From Candidatus Bathyarchaeota archaeon (GTDB lineage Archaea > Thermoproteota > Bathyarchaeia > TCS64): a stretch of DNA of 64,000 bases. Shown piece after piece: positions 40,583 through 50,792 of this stretch. Made by a program: the position numbers and the translations under genes. Location: assembly GCA_963771885.1 (NCBI GenBank), contig CAVYVF010000023.1, positions 416,001-480,000 on the forward strand, given 5' to 3'. Numbering within the stretch: position 1 is the stretch's first letter; every line of letters begins with the position of its first letter. Under the pieces are notes generated by a model. That model was not told the DNA's origin and did not search any database. It saw nothing but the letters and a program-made list of their open reading frames with translations.

Positions 40583-41279
40583 TGACCAATGTTCATATGC
40601 GGATTAAAGTCTGTCATGTTGAACCCGCGCGCGCGTCGTCGACAAGTAGAACTATGATTGAAGAGCCAATCCAAGGTACAAGTTAACCTTCGAATGTGAT
40701 TCATCTGGCTTTATGAGCCTCCGCCTTTCCGTGGAGAGGTGTCTAGTGAATGGATGATTAACAATTATGCGTTATAGCGTGGATCTCGCTTTCCTTTCTT
40801 TCATAACACGTGCTTATATTAGCTCTGAGGGTCTTGCACGTATGCTCGGGTTCGGTTCATTAACTGCGCTTCCCTGAGTTGATTTAGAGTGTAGATAATT
40901 ATGAAGGATAAAACGGAGAAGAAGGGCCGCCGATTACCAACCGAATCGGAGAAACAGGACGACAAACTACGCGATGGGTTGAAGGCGGTTCGTGGGACAA
41001 AGAAGCATTCCCTATCACGGTCTAACTATTAACATGCACACGCCACTCCTATAGGATGAAGAAGACGTGCAGGTTGTAGGCCCGAAGAGTCCGCGATCCT
41101 CTACGACAACTACGCGAGTAACTATGCTAGATTGAGAACGGGTAAGGAGCGGATTTATCCTAGAATATTGCGTTCACCCAGCGTGCTGCGTCGACTCTGA
41201 TCTGCCCCTGGCCTTCACCGTCGCGCCCCTGAAGCATCCCTCAGGTCTATAAGTCTCCGCGAAAAGGATTACTGATTAA

Positions 41280-42611
41280 ATGCGTTCAGCTTGGATTACT
41301 ACCTTGAAGGCATTATGCTGTGCAGAGTTAAACGGTATGAGCGAAGAAGCCGCTATTAGAAAGACCTGCAAGCAGATCGGAATTAAGGACCATATAAATA
41401 TACAAAAAGCTAGCGAATTATTATACGCTGTATCGAAGAGGAGAAATGCACTCGATTATCGTATCAACCAAGCACTATTACCAGGCGACGTCGAAGCACT
41501 TGATGTCGGTGTAAGAAGCTTCCTCCGTATCTACACATACCTAGTACACTATGGTGGCTGTTCTCTCGCGGAGGCCCACAAATTTGTCGAGCACTCAAGA
41601 GAGATCCTTGGTAAAAAGACTCTCAGAGCCGTTGAGGAAGTGATTGACATAATTCCCCATCAGAAGATCCCGTGGGAGAATCTCAGTAGAGTTGAGGCGC
41701 TGGCATTTGAGAATTTTTTACCCCCTTGGTATGTCGAGTACATCAGCGACAACTTCGAGAAGGAGTTAGCGGCTGATCTCATGTCCCCCGTTGAGATCCC
41801 CAAGTATATTCGGATCAACTCTCTTCGTGGGGGTGAGTCAGTGATCCCCAAGTTAAGTGCTGATGGCTACCAACTCGAAGCTGTACCTGGAGTCCCCTAC
41901 GCTTACAAGGTTCAAGGATACTCAGTAGGGTTGACCGACACCGCCTCATACCGAGAAGGTGATTTCATGATGCAGGACAAGGCGAGTATGCTTGTCAGCG
42001 AGGTGGCGGCGCCGATGGCGGGAAATGTTGTGCTGGATGTATGTGCTGCGCCAGGGGCGAAGACAAGTCACCTCGCTCAGATCATGGGTAACCGAGGGAG
42101 AATAGTATCGGTAGATATCAACGTAGCCAGATTGGCGTCCTGGAAAGGGATAATGGAGAGACTTGGTGTTTCGATCGGAGAGGCAGTGATTGGTGACGCG
42201 TCTAAAGCTGATGGGCTCCCTGATGTTATCGCCGACTTGGTTTTGCTGGATCCCCCCTGCTCGGGTACGGGCACCTTCAATAAAATTCCGTCCCTGAAAT
42301 GGAGGGTAACTCACTCTTCAATCCTCGATTTTGCATCTCTCCAGAGTAGACTCTTGGAGAATGTGGCGGCGCATGTGAGGAGCGGAGGGTGGCTTGTTTA
42401 CAGCACATGCAGTGTATCTGTGGAAGAGAATGAGTTTGTTGTCAAGGGTTTTCTTGAGGGGCACCCGGAATTCAAGATTGTGGAGGCAAGTCCGAGATTG
42501 GGTTCACCGGGGTTACTTGGGCTGGTAGAGGCTCAGAGGCTATTCCCTAAAAGGCATGAGTGTGAGGGTTTCTTCATAGCTAAACTACGGAACAGTCCGG
42601 CTTTTGATTAA
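41280..42611 (+). CDS. RsmB/NOL1/NOP2/Sun family RNA m5C methyltransferase with NusB-like N-terminus
   Basis: MQDKAS, LDVCAAPGAKT, DPPCSGTG, YSTCS..EENE, GFFIAKL. Confidence 0.92.
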   Translation: MRSAWITTLKALCCAELNGMSEEAAIRKTCKQIGIKDHINIQKASELLYAVSKRRNALDYRINQALLPGDVEALDVGVRSFLRIYTYLVHYGGCSLAEAHKFVEHSREILGKKTLRAVEEVIDIIPHQKIPWENLSRVEALAFENFLPPWYVEYISDNFEKELAADLMSPVEIPKYIRINSLRGGESVIPKLSADGYQLEAVPGVPYAYKVQGYSVGLTDTASYREGDFMMQDKASMLVSEVAAPMAGNVVLDVCAAPGAKTSHLAQIMGNRGRIVSVDINVARLASWKGIMERLGVSIGEAVIGDASKADGLPDVIADLVLLDPPCSGTGTFNKIPSLKWRVTHSSILDFASLQSRLLENVAAHVRSGGWLVYSTCSVSVEENEFVVKGFLEGHPEFKIVEASPRLGSPGLLGLVEAQRLFPKRHECEGFFIAKLRNSPAFD

Positions 42612-42778
42612 TTTGCGCACACGTTGCCTTGTCCCTAAATTCAGAACAAGCTTATTTTGACAGTTAGAGTCTCGTCATCCCATGGCGCCAACCAGAGGAG
42701 GTCCGATCTATAAGACAGGACGAACACGAGACCCTTGAGACACACGCGCGCCAAGTAACCTACCTCTAGAAGTCGGTA

Positions 42779-42826
42779 ACGACCGGCACACCGACCACCT
42801 CAGACTGAAAGCCACTAAAACGTGTT
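42779..42826 (+). repeat. Direct repeat copy 2, putative attR
   Basis: ACGACCGGCACACCGACCACCTCAGACTGAAAGCCACTAAAACGTGTT. Confidence 0.9.
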
Positions 42827-42873
42827 CGATGGTCTTTTCTGAAAGCTTCTTTATGAAGAACTAAAGTAATCTA

Positions 42874-43623
42874 GTGATCCAGAGCTTGAGTCCTCAGGAT
42901 AAAATATCTGTAATCATGGCCATCCATAACGAGGAGACATATCTCCCAAAATCTCTAACTTGTTTGAAAAATGAGGACATAAAACTAATTGTTATATTAG
43001 ATCGTTGCACCGATAATTCAAAAAAAATTGTTGAAAACCTTTTTCCAGAAGCAATAATCGTGGAAAAAAAAGCAACAAGGTGGGTGAATAGCTACGCTGA
43101 GAATCTTCAAATTGGGTATGAAAAAACCACGGGAAAATACGTAGGGATACTCGACGCTGATATTTGTTGTCCTCCTGACACATTCGCATGTTTACAAAAG
43201 GAGTTGAACTTGCAGACAGCTTCGATTAGTGCAAATATTGTAACGGATAAGACAGCGTCTTTTATGAATCATCTTTATTATTTTTGGGAGAAAACCCACG
43301 ATTGGGGAGTTAAGGAAAGAGAACCTAGAGGCGCTATTCGAGTTATTCTAAGAGAGGCGTTAAATAATGTTGGGGGTTTTAAAGACACTCCTACTCCTGA
43401 TACCCAACTTGATTTAGATCTTAGAAAAGCCGGGTACATGTCAAATTTATCAAGAGATGTAGTATGTCTACACCTTAGGAAATTCTCCTTTAAAAAATCT
43501 ATTCAAACGCAAATTATCTCTGGTAGAACGAGGAGAAAGATGAAGATGCCTTTAATTAAGGTACTCGGCCACTCAATAGTCCGACTTAGACCTTTTGTTT
43601 TTTATGGATATTTAATTTCATAA
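42874..43623 (+). CDS. Glycosyltransferase family 2
   Basis: ISVIMAIHNEE, LDRCTD, LDAD (DxD), VGGF. Confidence 0.9.
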   Translation: MIQSLSPQDKISVIMAIHNEETYLPKSLTCLKNEDIKLIVILDRCTDNSKKIVENLFPEAIIVEKKATRWVNSYAENLQIGYEKTTGKYVGILDADICCPPDTFACLQKELNLQTASISANIVTDKTASFMNHLYYFWEKTHDWGVKEREPRGAIRVILREALNNVGGFKDTPTPDTQLDLDLRKAGYMSNLSRDVVCLHLRKFSFKKSIQTQIISGRTRRKMKMPLIKVLGHSIVRLRPFVFYGYLIS

Positions 43624-43632
43624 TTGAGTTTT

Positions 43633-44790
43633 TTAGAATCGTTTTTTACTCTTCCCTTCCTTAATTTCTTCTAATGTTTTTTCCCACTTTAATGATGTTT
43701 CTTCTACAGAGAATTTTTTTACCCACAATCTACCTTGTTCAGATATTTGTTGATAGTATTTTTCGTCTGTAATTAATTGTTTTACATATTTTGCGAATTC
43801 ATTTGGGCCGTTTATTCTAAAGCCCGTTTCATTATGAATAACAGTTTCTTGTTGACCCCCGCCGTCAGCAACTATCGGAATACAACCTGCAGCTTGTGCT
43901 TCAATTGGGACAATACCAAAATGCTCCTCAGGGTTATAAGATAACAAAAATTTTGAATAGACTAACGTATCAATTATTTCATCGTAGGTAACATTCGTTT
44001 TTAACTCAATTGGATAAGACTTATTTTTTAATTCGTCAACTTTTTTAGTTATTTTTTCTGCATATAAAATACTCTCCGTTTTTTTAGACACTCCGCCTAC
44101 AATTTTTAAACTGCATTTATAATCGTCATATAAATCAAGATAAGCGTCGATAACATGATCAATTCCTTTAAAAGCATCTATTCTTCCAACATAGCATAAC
44201 TGGTTAATTTTTTCTTTTTTAATATTAAATTTGTTTATATCGACTGTTGGATATATCATTTTAAACGAAGATAAATTTACGTAATTACCCCATAATATTT
44301 TACAAATTTTCTCTGTATAATGAGAATTACATATAATGCAATCTAATCTAGATAATTGTTTATAATGCTGATACCAGTATGGTACTCTGTAAACCAGATA
44401 AGGTAAAGTATTTTTTCTTATTTTTAGCTCTGTCGGAAAATGACAATAATGAATTTTAATTATGTTATTAGGAACAGAATAAAAAACTCCTGGTTCAAGA
44501 TCAGCGGAAATTATTACATTAGGGTTAAACTCTTTAATGCATTTATTAATTGATGAACCAGAAGTCAGTAATGTTTTCCAAACAGTACCTTTAATATGAT
44601 TCCCAACCCATGAGGGTAAAAAAATATTTTCGATTCCATGAAATCCTTCAAAACTCTGTTCCTCTGGCCTTTCCCATGAACATAATGCAATTTTATGGTC
44701 AAATTTACTTAGCATCTGACATAGATCGGAAGCAAATTTATTTCCACCGCCTAGAATATTTGGATTTGTCACGGCAATAGCAATTTTCAT
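43633..44790 (-). CDS. Glycosyltransferase family 4 (GT-B)
   Basis: YVGRIDAFKG, EHFGIVPIEAQAAG, ETVIHNETG. Confidence 0.92.
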   Translation of the reverse strand: MKIAIAVTNPNILGGGNKFASDLCQMLSKFDHKIALCSWERPEEQSFEGFHGIENIFLPSWVGNHIKGTVWKTLLTSGSSINKCIKEFNPNVIISADLEPGVFYSVPNNIIKIHYCHFPTELKIRKNTLPYLVYRVPYWYQHYKQLSRLDCIICNSHYTEKICKILWGNYVNLSSFKMIYPTVDINKFNIKKEKINQLCYVGRIDAFKGIDHVIDAYLDLYDDYKCSLKIVGGVSKKTESILYAEKITKKVDELKNKSYPIELKTNVTYDEIIDTLVYSKFLLSYNPEEHFGIVPIEAQAAGCIPIVADGGGQQETVIHNETGFRINGPNEFAKYVKQLITDEKYYQQISEQGRLWVKKFSVEETSLKWEKTLEEIKEGKSKKRF

Positions 44791-44952
44791 TATAATTAAT
44801 TCATACTAAGATCCATTTAAAGATAATATTGAATCATGTAAAGTTAGTAATTCAAATCACCTGTGTATAGTGGCCTATCTTTTATCTCTGTAAATAGTCC
44901 CTATTTTTATAATTTACATGAATTAACCTAAAACGCGTACATTAAAAGGAAT

Positions 44953-46293
44953 TTACCGTTTACGTAACTCGTCGAGGGAGACTATCGGGCAATCATTATA
45001 CTTGAAGCCCCCCGGAGGCATCCATCCCCCGAAGCGCTTCATCGCCTCTCCCAACTGCTTACCCGCAGGGTTCTCGGGCTTAAGCAGGGGATGGGTGAAG
45101 GCTGCCTCATCCCCTGATACCTCCGGGATGACCAGCTCATAGTCCTTAGAGCCCGCGCCGAGCAGGCTGCACGCGTTCGGGCTAATCCACTGACTCATCC
45201 CGTTTATCACAGTGAACTTTTCCTGGCCGGGCTCCATAACGTGCTTCTCTTCCGCGACGGAGCCGTGGATGCCATGTGCCTGAACAGACATATCGAGGGC
45301 CGCCACGTCGATAGCGACCATGTCTCGGGAAGCGAAGACGCCGAGGTTCGGCAGCACCGCCCTATCGGTGCCGGGGACGCAGTCACAGGCGGGGGTCAGA
45401 TCGAGGGCGTAGGTTAGGTATCCGATGCGCTCCTTACCGATGTGGCGCACGTAGCCCGCAGCGGCGTCTGCCATCGCAACGAGGAACCAGTTACTCCAGT
45501 CATCATACTTCTCCCTACCCCAGAGCCCACACCTGAAGAGCGGCCTCTGATGGCCGAAGCACCCTATGCACTTGGAGCCATCATAGGTCGCCCCGTCCTT
45601 CCCGATCTTGAGCGCGCCGGCTGGGCAGAGGTTATTGCAGACCACGTGGTTGGGGCACTCTTCCCCCTTGCACTTCTTGCCGTCGAAGCTCCAGCCGTTC
45701 CAGCCCACCTTCTGGTGGGTGCAGAGGTGCACGTTGAACTTTCCCCTCTTCGAGCTGCAGCCTATGGCGACGTTCTTTATGCTGCCCCCGTAGACGCCGT
45801 TGCCGTGCCCCTTGAAGTGGCTGACAACAATCACCGAGTCCGCGTCGGCGATCCCCCTCGCCAGGTACCCCTCCTTGAGCAGGAGACCATCGGGCAGGTC
45901 GACCCTGACGTCGTCCGTCCCGTACATGCCGTCGCTTATGATGATGGGGCACCCCATCGTCTCCGCCGTGAAGCCGTTGCGCGCTGCGTTCTCGAGGTAA
46001 AAGGACGCCGTGCAGCGGGCTCCATAGAAGTAGTAGGGCGCCGTCGTCGTGTCGGTCACGAAGGGCCTGCCCCCGAGCTCCTTCACCTTGTCGACTATCA
46101 CCCTGATAAGTATTGGGCGAAGGTATCCCGTGTTGAACCACTCACCCATGTGGCACTTTATAGCGACTGAGTCGCCGGGCTTGAAGCAGTCACCGAGGCC
46201 CGCGTGGTCAAACAGCTGCATCGCCTTCGCGGGTATGCTGGAGGACAGCGCCTTGTAGCGGTCATCCATGAAGTAGACTTTGCTCTTCATCAT
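44953..46293 (-). CDS. DUF362 Fe-S domain protein
   Basis: VAIKCHMGE, SHFKGH..YGGSIKN, Cys cluster, CDC, ASRDMVAID. Confidence 0.88.
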   Translation of the reverse strand: MMKSKVYFMDDRYKALSSSIPAKAMQLFDHAGLGDCFKPGDSVAIKCHMGEWFNTGYLRPILIRVIVDKVKELGGRPFVTDTTTAPYYFYGARCTASFYLENAARNGFTAETMGCPIIISDGMYGTDDVRVDLPDGLLLKEGYLARGIADADSVIVVSHFKGHGNGVYGGSIKNVAIGCSSKRGKFNVHLCTHQKVGWNGWSFDGKKCKGEECPNHVVCNNLCPAGALKIGKDGATYDGSKCIGCFGHQRPLFRCGLWGREKYDDWSNWFLVAMADAAAGYVRHIGKERIGYLTYALDLTPACDCVPGTDRAVLPNLGVFASRDMVAIDVAALDMSVQAHGIHGSVAEEKHVMEPGQEKFTVINGMSQWISPNACSLLGAGSKDYELVIPEVSGDEAAFTHPLLKPENPAGKQLGEAMKRFGGWMPPGGFKYNDCPIVSLDELRKR

Positions 46294-46372
46294 CAGCCAC
46301 CAGATAATCGAGTATGAGTTGGCTCACGCTATTTAAAACAGGGCTGCGCTTAGACGGGACGGGTATCAGGCA

Positions 46373-46771
46373 TCAATCCAATGGCTTGGAGGGGGCCTGC
46401 GAGGCACTTCCCTTGTCGAATAGCACGCGCCATCGTCCCGGCGCCTCGAGCCGCCATATCGAGTTGAACCTACCTGTGACGTTCCCCGCCGGGTCACGTA
46501 CAGGACCCGTACTAAGAGCCAGGGTCCCCGAGGCGATGACCTCCACCTGATCCGGTTCCCAAGAGAACGGCGCCTCCTTCGAGGCGAAGTACCGAGACCA
46601 CCAGCTCAGCACAGCGGCTTTCCCCCGCAGCGGCGTCGGCCCGGTGAAGAATATGGCCTCCTCCGAAAGCCAGCTGGCGAAGGCTTCGACGTCACGGTCC
46701 GCCATCGACTTGGCGAACGCCCGCTCCGCGGCGATCACCGCTCTGCGTGCTTCCTCCAGTGCGCTACCCAT
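46373..46771 (-). CDS. NTF2-like/DUF4440 protein
   Basis: AERAFA..MA..D, FSWEP, ALSTGP, FNSIWR...G.WRVLFD.G. Confidence 0.85.
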   Translation of the reverse strand: MGSALEEARRAVIAAERAFAKSMADRDVEAFASWLSEEAIFFTGPTPLRGKAAVLSWWSRYFASKEAPFSWEPDQVEVIASGTLALSTGPVRDPAGNVTGRFNSIWRLEAPGRWRVLFDKGSASQAPSKPLD

Positions 46772-46864
46772 CTCGGTCTGTTGGCATGTTTTGCGTTTGG
46801 TTGCCTCGATTATTTAGCCTTGTCACTCTGTCGTCCACTTATCTTGGTGAGCCTATACGAAGAA

Positions 46865-47075
46865 TCAGCCGCCGCTTATCATGTGGATGACTGATACGGC
46901 TGCGTCTTCAGGGATATGGGTATCGCCGTACCTCTCCCTGGGTACGAGTTCCCCGTTTATAGCTACGTGGACGAGTGGGAACTTGTACCTCAGGCGGGCC
47001 AGCAGCTCGGTAACCGTCTCGTCCTCGACGTAGTCGATCTCATTCTTGTTGACGGTTATCTCCGTGGCCCTTCAC
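46865..47075 (-). CDS. ThiS/MoaD/SAMP-like sulfur carrier (missing from ORF track)
   Basis: ITVNKNEIDYVEDETVTELLARLRYKFPLVHVAINGELVPRERYGDTHIPEDAAVSVIHMISGG-stop; start uncertain (GTG 47075 with an extra G, or ACG 47065 after GGTGA). Confidence 0.85.
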
Positions 47076-47085
47076 CTGCCTGATT

Positions 47086-49411
47086 CTACCACTTCTCCCA
47101 GTACCTTCGGTCGGCTGCGGGTGGCTTCTCGCTTCCGGCGTATTTTCCCCCCCAATTGTTCAGCCCCTTTTCCTCATCCTCGTCTATCTTCGTCTGCAGC
47201 ATCGAGAGCATCCTCTCATCGGTGCAGCCTAGGCTCCTCATCTTCTGCGGCGTCGGCACACCATTCTGCGTCCAGCCGCGTCGGTGGTAGACGGCGTCAG
47301 CGAGCCTCTGGTACTGGTCCTGTCTGTACCCATAGAGCCTACTAATCTTCTCCTCGACTGGCATAGCCTTCATCGCGTCCTTCGTTAAGCCGAGCTTCTC
47401 GATTAGCTGGGAGTCGTAGCGGTCTTTCCTAGACACGTACTCGAGGGTCGTCACTGGACCCATGGACCTGTAGGGTATCCAGTCGTCCTTCCTCCTGCCC
47501 CTACCCAGCCAGACGTTCATGGCGCGTTGCCAGTTGTAAGCTCTCTCGCTCTGATTGATCAGGTCGCTGGGACCCACTTTCATCCCGGTTACAGCAGAGA
47601 AGACTTCGGCGTAGTTCTGCACGTGCTCGGGCACCTTCGCAGGCTCGCTTGTCTTCGCGTTGTCGACTGGCTCGATGTCATTCCACGGCAGCTTGCAGAG
47701 GCCATTGAGACCGAACCACGTCCTCCACATCGGGAAGTAGTGAAGGGCCTCCGCCTTGTCCTTGAAGGTGGGGATCTGGTTGTTGACCATATCCATGAAG
47801 ATGAGCCAAGCCTCGTCGTGCTGCGGTCCTTTAAGCGTCAGCCCGTAGCCGCCTTGCATGGCGAGTGACTCCTTCGTCACGTACTGACTGTACTCGAGGC
47901 CCTTGCTCTCCATGCCGCACTCCTCAATGAGGTAGGGGTCTCCCCAGCCCTTCGTCTTGAGCCAGTCCTTTACGCGGCGTGCGCCTTTTGCGGCGACGCG
48001 TATGAACTCGCCCTCGTCCCCAGCGGCGATGCGGTGGAGTAGTTGGAGCGCCGCCTCGCCGTTGCCGAAGCATAGCTCGAGCCCGTCGCACCGCTCCTTG
48101 TTTAGGATGCCGTACTCGTACATCTCCATGTAGAAGGCGGTGGCCGTCCCCGCTGAGATAGTGTCCAGCCCATAGGTGTCACAGTAGAAGTTGAACTCGA
48201 GAATCCACAGCGGGTCCCAGAGGCTCATGTTTGATCCGGAGCCAAGGGTCTCGTACTCGGGGCCATCCACCGTGACTCGCTGCCCCTTGTATGGCCCCGT
48301 CATGACGGTGTAGTTGTCGACTGTCTTGGCGCACGCCATCGTGCAGCCGTGCCAGCAGCCGTCGGGGATGATCTTTGTGAATAACTTGTAGAGTTCGGGT
48401 GAGTAGAGGTTGGGTGCCTTTGGGAAGCTGCCGAAGCGATAGTTCTCCGTGGGGAGGAGGTCGTAGGCGTCCATGATCTCGACGAGGTGGGCGGTGCCGA
48501 CTGTCCTCATGTTGCACTGGAACTTATCCTGGTCCCTGATCTCCCTGTGTATCTTCACGCCTACCTCCGCAAGGGCATCTGGGTCGGCCGGGTGGTTGCT
48601 GACACCGTCGACCTTCTCGACTTTGACAACGATTGCCTTGACGCCCTTATCGCGCAGGACGGTGCCGAGTCCACCGCGCCCCGCCTGCTTAAGTCTAGGG
48701 GTCTTCCGGCGTATGTCGTAGAAGGAGAAGTTCATGCAGCCCCAGTAACTGTGCTCAGCGCCCTTCCCCGAGGAGACCGTTGACACCTTCTGGCGTGAGA
48801 GGTCTGTGTCCTCGGAGGCAGTACATGTGTGTGAGCTGCTCCGCGAGGAGGTGTGTGTTCGTCTCCTCGAGGGGCGCTGTCTCAATCGACACCGTGCCCT
48901 TCTCGCCGTCGATGACGATGAGTACATCCTCCTTTGACTTGCCCTGTATTTCGAGGGCGTCGAATCCGGCGAATTTTAGGTAAGGTCCGAAGAAGCCGCC
49001 GACGTTGCTGTCGCAGATGATATTCGTCGCTGGGGACACGGTGAGGCAGAGGCTCTTGCCTGAGCCTGGGTACTGCGTGGTACCGCAGAGAGGCCCGGTG
49101 GTTATGACGAGCTCGTTCTCTGGGCTGTCCCAGCGTGTATCTGGTTTAACGGCGTCCCAGAGGAGCTTGAGGCCGAAGCCCCTGCCACCAGTGAAGTACG
49201 CCTTCATCTCCTCGGGGACCCTCTTCTCACTGATCTCGCGAGTCGTGAGGTTGACGTAGAGTGTCCTGTTTGCGTAACCCTTTTCGACCATCCCCTTGGC
49301 ATAACTATACTGTACTAGCTCCCGGTGGGCAGAGCGAATCTTCGCGTAGTCCCATGAGTGCTTCGTGTTCTTTGCGTCGTATTCCTTGACGGGTACCTGT
49401 CCAACTGTCAT
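47086..49411 (-). CDS. aor: Aldehyde:ferredoxin oxidoreductase family (W/Mo-pterin) protein, frameshift at ~48820
   Basis: GGRGFG, DSNVGG.FG..LKFAGFDA, GRGGLGTVL..K, C..CT..C, GPEYET, YGLDTIS, YY/YH..RGW. Confidence 0.9.
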
Positions 49412-49413
49412 CT

Positions 49414-49852
49414 TTAGACCCCCAACTTGTGGTAGACAACTTTCTTTTGGTCGTCCACGCTCTTGTCGGCGAGCTCCAACGCGTTCTCCGGGCAGGCGCG
49501 GACACATGAGCCGCATGATATGCACTTGAACGGCTCTATCCTCGCAGGCGCCTTCCTCATGGCGGCGCTGGGACAGAATGCGACGCATGCCTGGCACCCG
49601 ACGCAGAGCTTCGCGTCCAGCGTGACGACACCCTTCGCGTTGCGCGACAGTGCACCCACGGAGCACATGTCGATGCAGAGGCCGCACTGGTTGCAGACGT
49701 TTGCACTTACGAACCCCCTTCTTCTCTGTTATCCGTATTGCTGACCTTTCCCCACCGCCCCCGGTGTTGAAGTGCACACTGGAGCAAGCTCCCTCACATG
49801 TGAGGCAGCCGGTACACTTCTCGGGGTGGAACTCGACGACCTTGACGCTCAT
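49414..49852 (-). CDS. Poly-[4Fe-4S] ferredoxin-like AOR partner, frameshift near 49710
   Basis: CTGCLTCEGAC, CNQCGLCIDMC, CVGCQACVAFCP, CISCGSCVRACP. Confidence 0.88.
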
Positions 49853-49903
49853 TTCGAAGACTATTGTCGGAACTCCTGAATAAAGTTTAACAACTGGGGC
49901 TTT

Positions 49904-50686
49904 CTAGCCGTAGAAGCCAGCGGTTAGACCACCGTCTACGAAGAGTATGTGGCCGTTGACGTAGCTGGACTCGTCGGAGGCGAGGAAGAGCGCCCCCTTG
50001 GCGATGTCCTCTGGCTGGGCGAAGCGCCCCATGGGTATTTTCTTGATTAGGAAGCTCTTAGTCTCCTCCGGGTTTGGCGCCGCCTCTATGGAGGCCGTCC
50101 ACTGCGGCGTTACTGTCTCACCGGGGACGAGGCCGTTGACCCTGATGCCATACTTACCGTAGTCGAGGCACATGCTACGCGTCAGCTCGCGCAGGCCTCC
50201 CTTAGAGGTACCGTAGGCGTGGTTGCCCATGTAGTTCATGTAGGCGTTGGTCGTGATGGTGTTGATTATCGAGCCGCCGCCCCTCTTGATCATAGCCGGT
50301 ACGACCTCCTTGCTTACGAGGAAGGTGCCGCGGAGGTTGAGGTTGATGAGCCTGTCCCACTCCTGCTCAGAGTCGTTGACGACGGTGTCGTTGTTCTCCT
50401 TCTGCCAGCCGCCGACGTTGTTGTGGAGGACGTCAACGCCGCCGTAGCGGTCGAGTACCTGCGCAACCATAGCCTTGACCTCGGCGTGCTTCGTGACATC
50501 TGCCCTGTAGAATGTGGCTTCTCCATTTTCCTTCTTGATGAGGCGCACAGTCTCTTCGCCGCCCCTCTCGCTGACGTCGTTTACAGCGACCTTAGCACCC
50601 TCCGAGGCGAAGAGTATGGCCACCGCCCTGCCTATTCCCGACCCCGCCCCCGTGATGAGGGCGGTCTTCCCCTGTAATCTGTTCAT
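49904..50686 (-). CDS. SDR family oxidoreductase
   Basis: TGAGSGIG, YGTSK, VDGG; ATG 50686. Confidence 0.92.
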   Translation of the reverse strand: MNRLQGKTALITGAGSGIGRAVAILFASEGAKVAVNDVSERGGEETVRLIKKENGEATFYRADVTKHAEVKAMVAQVLDRYGGVDVLHNNVGGWQKENNDTVVNDSEQEWDRLINLNLRGTFLVSKEVVPAMIKRGGGSIINTITTNAYMNYMGNHAYGTSKGGLRELTRSMCLDYGKYGIRVNGLVPGETVTPQWTASIEAAPNPEETKSFLIKKIPMGRFAQPEDIAKGALFLASDESSYVNGHILFVDGGLTAGFYG

Positions 50687-50792
50687 GACGGTTCTTCTTC
50701 CGCTGCGACGGTTAATATGTTTAAGGAGTCGCTTGCCCCCCGTGGGTCGCACTCATTAAATCACCGACGGCACTCATACACCTCGATCGTCC

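Larger units (their letters stand above)
39933..42826. mobile_element. Putative integrated cassette or island remnant at the rnpB 3' end (no integrase seen)
   Basis: Flanked by the 48-bp direct repeat; interior visibly lower GC than the host. Confidence 0.6.
42827..44950. mobile_element. Very AT-rich horizontally acquired glycosyltransferase island
   Basis: Abrupt switch to A/T-dominated sequence just after repeat copy 2 and back to GC-rich near 44960. Confidence 0.7.

Noticed and set aside
48755..49852. 365-aa ferredoxin-AOR N-terminal fusion ORF
   Set aside because: Created by the frameshift near 49710. The ferredoxin ends at 49414 and AOR starts at 49411.
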